From contig CAXHJY010000184.1 of assembly GCA_964016885.1 (NCBI GenBank), positions 186,001 through 250,000 of the forward strand: a stretch of 64,000 bases of DNA. The letters run 5' to 3'. The notes under the pieces were generated by a model that saw only the letters and a list, made by a program, of their open reading frames with translations, did no database searches and was not told where the DNA came from. This document shows, in pieces, positions 56,901-64,000 of this stretch (positions are counted from its first letter, which is position 1; each line of letters starts with the position of its first letter). The stretch is from Eledone cirrhosa (Eukaryota). The position numbers and the translations under genes were made by a program.

Positions 56901-59000
56901 CACTACAGGACTATAGTCTTTCCCAGTCACTACAGGACTATAGTCTTTCCCAGTCACTACAGGACTATAGTCTTTCCCAGTCACTACAGGACTATAGTCT
57001 TTCCGAATCACTACAGGACTATAGTCTTTCCCAGTCACTACAGGACTATAGTCTTTCCCAGTCACTACAAGACTATAGTCTTTCCCAGTCACTACAGGAC
57101 TATAGTCTTTCCCAATCACTACAGGACTATAGTCTTTCCCAGTCACTACAGGACTATAGTCTTTCCCAGTCACTACAGGACTATAGTCTTTCCCAGTCAC
57201 TACAGGACTATAGTCTTTCCCAATCACTACAGGACTATAGTCTTTCCCAGTCACTACAGGACTATAGTCTTTCCCAGTCACTACAAGACTATAGTCTTTC
57301 CCAATCACTACAGGACTATAGTCTTTCCCAATCACTACAGGACTATAGTCTTTCCCAATCACTACAGGACTATAGTCTTTCCCAGTCACTACAGGACTAT
57401 AGTCTTTCCCAGTCACTACAGGACTATAGTCTTTCCCAGTCACTACAAGACTATAGTCTTTCCCAATCACTACAGGACTATAGTCTTTCCCAGTCACTAC
57501 AGGACTATAGTCTTTCCCAGTCACTACAAGACTATAGTCTTTCCCAATCACTACAGGACTATAGTCTTTCCCAATCACTACAGGACTATAGTCTTTCCCA
57601 GTCACTACAGGACTATAGTCTTTCCCAGTCACTACAGGACTATAGTATTTCCCAGTCACTACAGGACTATAGTCTTTCCCAGTCACTACAGGACTATAGT
57701 CTTTCCCAGTCACTACAGGGCTATAGTCTTTCCCAGTCACTACATGACTACAGACTTTACCAGTCACTACAGGACTATAGTCTTTCCCAGTCACTACAGG
57801 ACTATAGTCTTTCCCAGTCACTACAGGACTATAGTCTTTCCCAATCACTACAGGACTATAGTCTTTCCCAGTCACTACAGGACTATAGTCTTTCCCAGTC
57901 ACTACAAGACTATAGTCTTTCCCAGTCACTACAGGATTATAGTCTTTCCCAATCACTACAGGACTATAGTCTTTCCCAGTCACTACAGGACTATAGTCTT
58001 TCCCAGTCACTACAGGACTATAGTCTTTCCCAGTCACTACAGGACTATAGTCTTTCCCAGTCACTACAGGACTATAGTCTTTCCCAGTCACTACAGGACT
58101 ATAGTCTTTCCCAGTCACTACAAGACTATAGTCTTTCACAATCACTACAGGACTATAGTCTTTCCCAATCACTACAGGACTATAGTCTTTCCCAATCACT
58201 ACAGGACTATAGTCTTTCCCAGTCACTACAGGACTATAGTCTTTCCCAGTCACTACAGGACTATAGTCTTTCCCAGTCACTACAAGACTATAGTCTTTCC
58301 CAATCACTACAGGACTATAGTCTTTCCCAGTCACTACAGGACTATAGTCTTTCCCAATCACTACAGGACTATAGTCTTTCCCAGTCACTACAGGACTATA
58401 GACTTTCCCAATCACTACAAGACTATAGTCTTTCCCAGTCACTACAGGACTATAGTTTTTCCCAGTCACTACAGGACTATAGTCTTTCCCAATCACTACA
58501 GGACTATAGTCTTTCCCAATCACTACAGGACTATAGTCTTTCCAAGTCACTACAGGACTATAGTCTTTCCCAGTCACTACAGGACTATAGTCTTTCCCAG
58601 TCACTACAGGACTATAGTCTTTCCCAATCACTACAGGACTATAGTCTTTCCCAGTCACTACAGGACTATTGTCTTTCCCAGTCACTACAGGACTATAGTC
58701 TTTCCCAGTCACTACAGGACTATAGTCTTTCCCAGTCACTACAGGACTATAGTCTTTCCCAGTCACTACAGGACTATAGTCTTTCCCAATCACTACAGGA
58801 CTATAGTCTTTCTCAGTCACTACAGGACTATAGTCTTTCCCAGTCACTACAGGACTATAGTCTTTCCCAGTCACTACAGGACTATAGTCCTTCCCAGTCA
58901 CTACAGGACTATAATCTTTCCCAATCACTACAGGACTATAGTCTTTCCCAGTCACTACAGGACTATAGTCTTTCCCAGTCACTACAGGACTATAGTCTTT
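53960..59000 (+). repeat. Long-range copy of the block starting at 21509; a third copy starts at 61687 and runs off the window
   Basis: Shared ordered rare markers: CAGTGAC, TCATTCCC, TTCCGAGTC, CCTTCCCAGTCGC, CCCGGTC (near 22555/54925/62679), TTCCGAATC (near 26170/57001) and ATGACTACAGACTTTACC (26940/57744). Confidence 0.85.
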
Positions 59001-62000
59001 CCCAGTCACTACAGGACTATAGTCTTTCCCAATCACTACAAGACTATAGTCTTTCCGAGTCACTACAGGACTATAGTCTTTCCCAATCACTACAAGACGA
59101 TAGTCTTTCCCAGTCACTACAGGACTATAGTCTTTACCAGTCACTACAAGACGATAGTCTTTCCCAATCACTACAGGACTATAGTCTTTCCCAGTCACTA
59201 CAGGACTATAGTCTCTCCCAGTCACTACAGGACTATAGTCTTTCCCAGTCACTACAGGACTATAGTCTTTCCCAATCACTACAGGACTATAGTCTTTCCC
59301 AATCACTACAGGACTATAGTCTTTCCCAGTCACTACAGGACTATAGTCTTTCCCAATCACTACAGGACTATAGTCTTTCCCAGTCACTACAGGACTATAG
59401 TCTTTCCCAATCACTACAGGACTATAGTCTTTCCCAGTCACTACAGGACTATAGTCTTTCCCAATCACCACAGGACTATAGTCTTTCCCAATCACTACAA
59501 GACTGTAGTCTTTCCCAGTCACTACAGGACTATAGTCTTTCCCAATCACTACAGGACTATAGTCTTTCCCAGTCACTACAGGACTATAGTCTTTCCCAGT
59601 CACTACAGGACTATAGTCTTTCCCAGTCACTACAGGACTATAGTCTTTCCCAATCACTACAGGACTATAGTCTTTCCCAGTCACTACAGGACTATAGTCT
59701 TTCCCAGTCACTACAGGACTATAGTTTTTCCCAGTCACTACAGGACTATAGTCTTTCCCAATCACTACAGGACTATAGTCTTTCCCAATCACTACAGGAC
59801 TATAGTCTTTCCCAATCACTACAAGACTATAGTCTTTCCCAGTCACTACAGGACTATAGTCTTTCCCAATCACTACAGGACTATAGTCTTTCCCAGTCAC
59901 TACAGGACTATAGTCTTTCCCAGTCACTACAGGACTATAGTCTTTCCCAGTCACTACAGGACTACATTCTTTCCCAGTCACTACAGGACTATAGTCTTTC
60001 CCAATCACTACAGGACTATAGTCTTTCCCAGTCACTACAGGACTATAGTCTTTCCCAGTCACTACAGGACTATAGTCTTTCCCAATCACTACAGGAGTAT
60101 AGTCTTTCCCAGTCACTACAGGACTATTGTCTTTCCCAGTCACTACAGGACTATAGTCTTTCCCAGTCACTACAGGACTATAGTCTTTCCAGAGTCACTA
60201 CAGGACTATAGTCTTTCCCAGTCACTACAGGACTATAGTCTTTCTCAGTCACTACAGGACTATAGTCTTTCCCAGTCACTACAGGACTATAGTCTTTCCC
60301 AGTCACTACAGGACTATAGTCCTTCCCAGTCACTACAGGACTATAGTCTTTCCCAATCACTACAGGACTATAGTCTTTCCCAGTCACTACAGGACTATAG
60401 TCTTTCCCAGTCACTACAGGACTATAGTCTTTCCCAGTCACTACAGGACTATAGTCTTTCCTAATCACTACAAGACTATAGTCTTTCCCAGTCACTACAG
60501 GACTATAGTCTTTCCCAGTCACTACAAGACTATAGTCTTTCCCAATCACTACAGGACTATAGTCTTTCCCAGTCACTACAGGACTATAGTCTCTCCCAGT
60601 CACTACAGGACTATAGTCTTTCCCAGTCACTACAGGACTATAGTCTTTCCCAATCACTACAGGACTATAGTCTTTCCCAATCACTACAGGACTATAGTCT
60701 TTCCCAGTCACTACAGGACTATAGTCTTTCCCAATCACTACAGGACTATAGTCTTTCCCAGTCACTACAGGACTATAGTCTTTCCCAATCACTACAGGAC
60801 TATAGTCTTTCCCAGTCACTACAGGACTATAGTCTTTCCCAATCACCACAGGACTATAGTCTTTCCCAATCACTACAAGACTGTAGTCTTTCCCAGTCAC
60901 TACAGGACTATAGTCTTTCCCAATCACTACAGGACTATAGTCTTTCCCAGTCACTACAGGACTATAGTCTCTCCCAGTCACTACAGGACTATAGTCTTTC
61001 CCAGTCACTACAGGACTATAGTCTTTCCCAGTCACTACAGGACTATAGTCTTTCCCAGTCACCACAGGGCTATAGTCTTTCCCAGTCACTACAGGACTAT
61101 AGTCTTTCCCAATCACTACAGGACTATATTCTTTCCCAGTCACTACAGGACTATAGTCTTTCCCAGTCACTACAGGACTATAGTCTTTCCCAGTCACTAC
61201 AGGACTATAGTCTTTCCCAGTCACTACAGGACTATAGTCTTTCCCAATCACTACAGGACTATAGTCTTTCCCAGTCACTACAGGACTACATTCTTTCCCA
61301 GTCACTACAGGACTATAGTCTTTCCCAATCACTACAGGACTATAGTCTTTCCCAGTCACTACAGGACTACATTCTTTCCCAGTCACTACAGGACTATAGA
61401 CTTTCCCAGTCACTACAGGACTATAGTCTTTCCCAGTCACTACAGGACTATAGTCTTTCCCAGTCACTACAGGACTATAGTCTTTCCCAATCACTACAGG
61501 ACTATAGTCTTTCCCAGTCACTACAGGACTACATTCTTTCCCAGTCACTACAGGACTATAGTCTTTCCCAATCACCACAGGACTATAGTCTTTCCCAGTC
61601 ACTACAGGACTATAGTCTTTCCCAATCACTACAGGACTATAGTCTTTCCCAGTCACTACAAGACTATAGTCTTTCCTAGTCACTACAAGACTATAGTCTT
61701 GCCCAGTCAGTCACTACAGGACTATAGTCTTTTCCAGTCACTACAGGACTATAGTCTTTCCCAGTCACTACAGGACTATAGTCTTTCCCAGTCACTACAG
61801 GACTATAGTCTTTCCCAGTCACTACAGGACTATAGTCTTTACCAGTCACTACAGGACTATAGTCTTTCCCAATCACTACAGGACTACATTCTTTCCCAGT
61901 CACTACAGGACTATAGTCTTTCCCAGTGACTACAGGACTATAGTCTTTCCCAGTCACTACAGGACTATAGTCTTTCCCAGTCACTACAGGACTATAGTTT

Positions 62001-64000
62001 TTCCCAGTCACTACAGGACTATAGTCTTTCCCAATCACTACAGGACTATAGTCTTTCCCAATCACTACAGGACTATAGTCTTTCCCAATCACTACAGGAC
62101 TATAGTCTTTCCCAGTCACTACAGGACTATAGTCATTCCCAGTCACTACAGGACTATAGTCTTTCCCAGTCACTACAGGACTACATTCTTTCCCAGTCAC
62201 TACAGGACTATAGTCTTTCCCAATCACTACAGGACTATAGTCTTTCCCAGTCACTACAGGACTATAGTCTTTCCCAGTCACTACAGGACTATAGTCTTTC
62301 CCAATCACTACAGGACTATAGTCTTTCCCAGTCACTACAGGACTATAGTCTTTCCCAGTCACTACAGGACTATAGTCTTTCCCAGTCACTACAGGACTAT
62401 AGTCTTTCCGAGTCACTACAGGACTATAGTCTTTCCCAGACACTACAGGACTATAGTCTTTCCCAGTCACTACAGGACTATAGTCTTTCCCAGTCACTAC
62501 AGGACTATAGTCTTTCCCAGTCACTACAGGACTATAGTCCTTCCCAGTCGCTACAGGACTATAGTCTTTCCCAATCACTACAGGACTATAGTCTTTCCCA
62601 GTCACTACAGGACTATAGTCTTTCCCAATCACTACAGGACTATAGTCTTTCCCAGTCACTACAGGACTACATTCTTTCCCGGTCACTACAGGACTATAGT
62701 CCTTCCCAGTCACTACAGGACTATAGTCTTTCCCAATCACCACAGGACTATAGTCTTTCCCAGTCACTACAGGACTATAGTCTTTCCCAATCACTGCAGG
62801 ACTATAGTATTTCCCAGTCACTACAGGACTATAGTCTTTCCCAGTCACTACAGGACTATAGTCTTTCCCAGTCACTACAGGACTATAGTCTTTCCCAGTC
62901 ACTACAGGACTATAGTCTTTTCCAATCACTACAGGACTACATTCTTTCCCAGTCACTACAGGACTATAGTCTTTCCCAGTCACTACAGGACTATAGTCTT
63001 TCCCAGTCACTACAGGACTATAGTCTTTCCCAGTCACTACAGGACTATAGTCTTTTCCAATCACTACAGGACTACATTCTTTCCCAGTCACTACAGGACT
63101 ATAGTCTTTCCCAGTCACTACAGGACTATAGTCTTTCCCAGTCACTACAGGACTATAGTCTTTCCCAGTCACTACAGGACTATAGTTTTTCCCAGTCACT
63201 ACAGGACTATAGTCTTTCCCAATCACTACAGGACTATAGTCTTTCCCAATCACTACAGGACTATAGTCTTTCCCAATCACTACAAGACTATAGTCTTTCC
63301 CAGTCACTACAGGACTATAGTCTTTCCCAATCACTACAGGACTATAGTCTTTCCCAATCACTACAGGACTATAGTCTTTCCCAGTCACTACAGGACTATA
63401 GTCTTTCCCAGTCACTACAGGACTATAGTCTTTCCCAGTCACTACAGGACTATAGTCTTTCCCAGTCACTACAAGACTATAGTCTTTCCCAATCACTACA
63501 GGACTATAGTCTTTCCCAATCACTACAGGACTATAGTCTTTCCCAGTCACTACAGGACTATAGTCTTTCCCAGTCACTACAGGACTATAGTCTTTCCCAG
63601 TCACTACAGGACTATAGTCTTTCCCAATCACTACAGGACTATAGTCTTTCCCAGTCACTACAGGACTACATTCTTTCCCAGTCACTACAGGACTATAGTC
63701 TTTCCCAGTCACTACAGGACTATAGTCTTTCCCAGTCACTACAGGACTATAGACTTTCCCAATCACTACAAGACTATAGTCTTTCCCAGTCACTACAGGA
63801 CTATAGTCTTTCCCAGTCACTACAGGACTATAGTCTTTCCCAGTCACTACAGGACTATAGTCTTTCCCAGTCACTACAGGACTATAGTCTTTCCCAGTCA
63901 CTACAGGACTATAGTCTTTCCCAGTCACTACAGGACTATAGTCTTTCCCAGTCACTACAGGACTATAGTATTTCCCAGTCACTACAGGACTATAGTCTTT

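Larger units (their letters stand above)
1..64000. repeat. 27-bp tandem satellite/minisatellite array, consensus AGGACTATAGTCTTTCCCAGTCACTAC, about 2,370 head-to-tail copies; array ends lie outside the window
   Basis: The monomer is read directly throughout, with most copies 0-2 substitutions from consensus and no inversion or non-repeat insertion seen. The ORF track shows 9-aa periodicity in three frames. Landmark spacings equal n x 27 plus the observed indels. Confidence 0.99.

Noticed and set aside
676-63982. Giant ORFs up to 3616 aa on both strands as protein-coding genes
   Set aside because: They are a by-product of a 27-bp unit lacking stops in 3 of 6 frames. They overlap on both strands, have no unique domains, switch frame at indels, and start mostly at GTG/TTG or variant-created ATG codons.
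1-64000. CRISPR array (27-bp partly palindromic repeat)
   Set aside because: Repeats are directly adjacent with no unique spacers, leader or cas genes.
1-64000. Telomerase-synthesised long telomeric repeat (yeast-type)
   Set aside because: C/G strand skew exists (8 C vs 4 G), but the length of at least 64 kb and the kb-scale inherited variant blocks indicate recombinational amplification. There is no chromosome end and no telomeric motif I recognise.
1-64000. Rolling-circle or PCR concatemer artefact
   Set aside because: Rare variants recur in ordered, nested, diverged blocks up to 40 kb apart, which is not expected from single-template amplification with random errors. Individual duplications still need read support.
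1-64000. Assignment to a named satellite family, taxon or centromere
   Set aside because: I do not recognise the monomer. This needs Dfam/Repbase/BLAST searches and CENH3 ChIP or FISH data.

Overview
The whole 64 kb window is one uninterrupted, single-orientation tandem array of a 27-bp monomer, consensus AGGACTATAGTCTTTCCCAGTCACTAC (44% GC, no CpG, about 2,370 copies). It runs off both ends of the window. I found no unique sequence, credible gene, RNA gene, transposon or CRISPR spacer. All ORFs in the track are read-throughs of the 3 stop-free frames of the monomer (RTIVFPSHY, SLQDYSLSQ, VVTGKDYSP). The information lies in the variant pattern: (i) a 31-bp landmark monomer occurs 20 times inside a conserved cassette of about 8 monomers; (ii) nested higher-order duplications have periods of about 1.2-1.4, 1.89, 2.16 and 4.2-5.1 kb, and some blocks are copied 23-40 kb apart; (iii) the two commonest variants are both CAG>CAA; (iv) each monomer has a 10-bp palindrome that some variants extend and others break. 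The best reading is satellite/minisatellite DNA, probably eukaryotic (inference; the taxon cannot be determined). I cannot support a novel gene system. Counts and coordinates were read by eye and from ORF-track breakpoints, so block edges are approximate.
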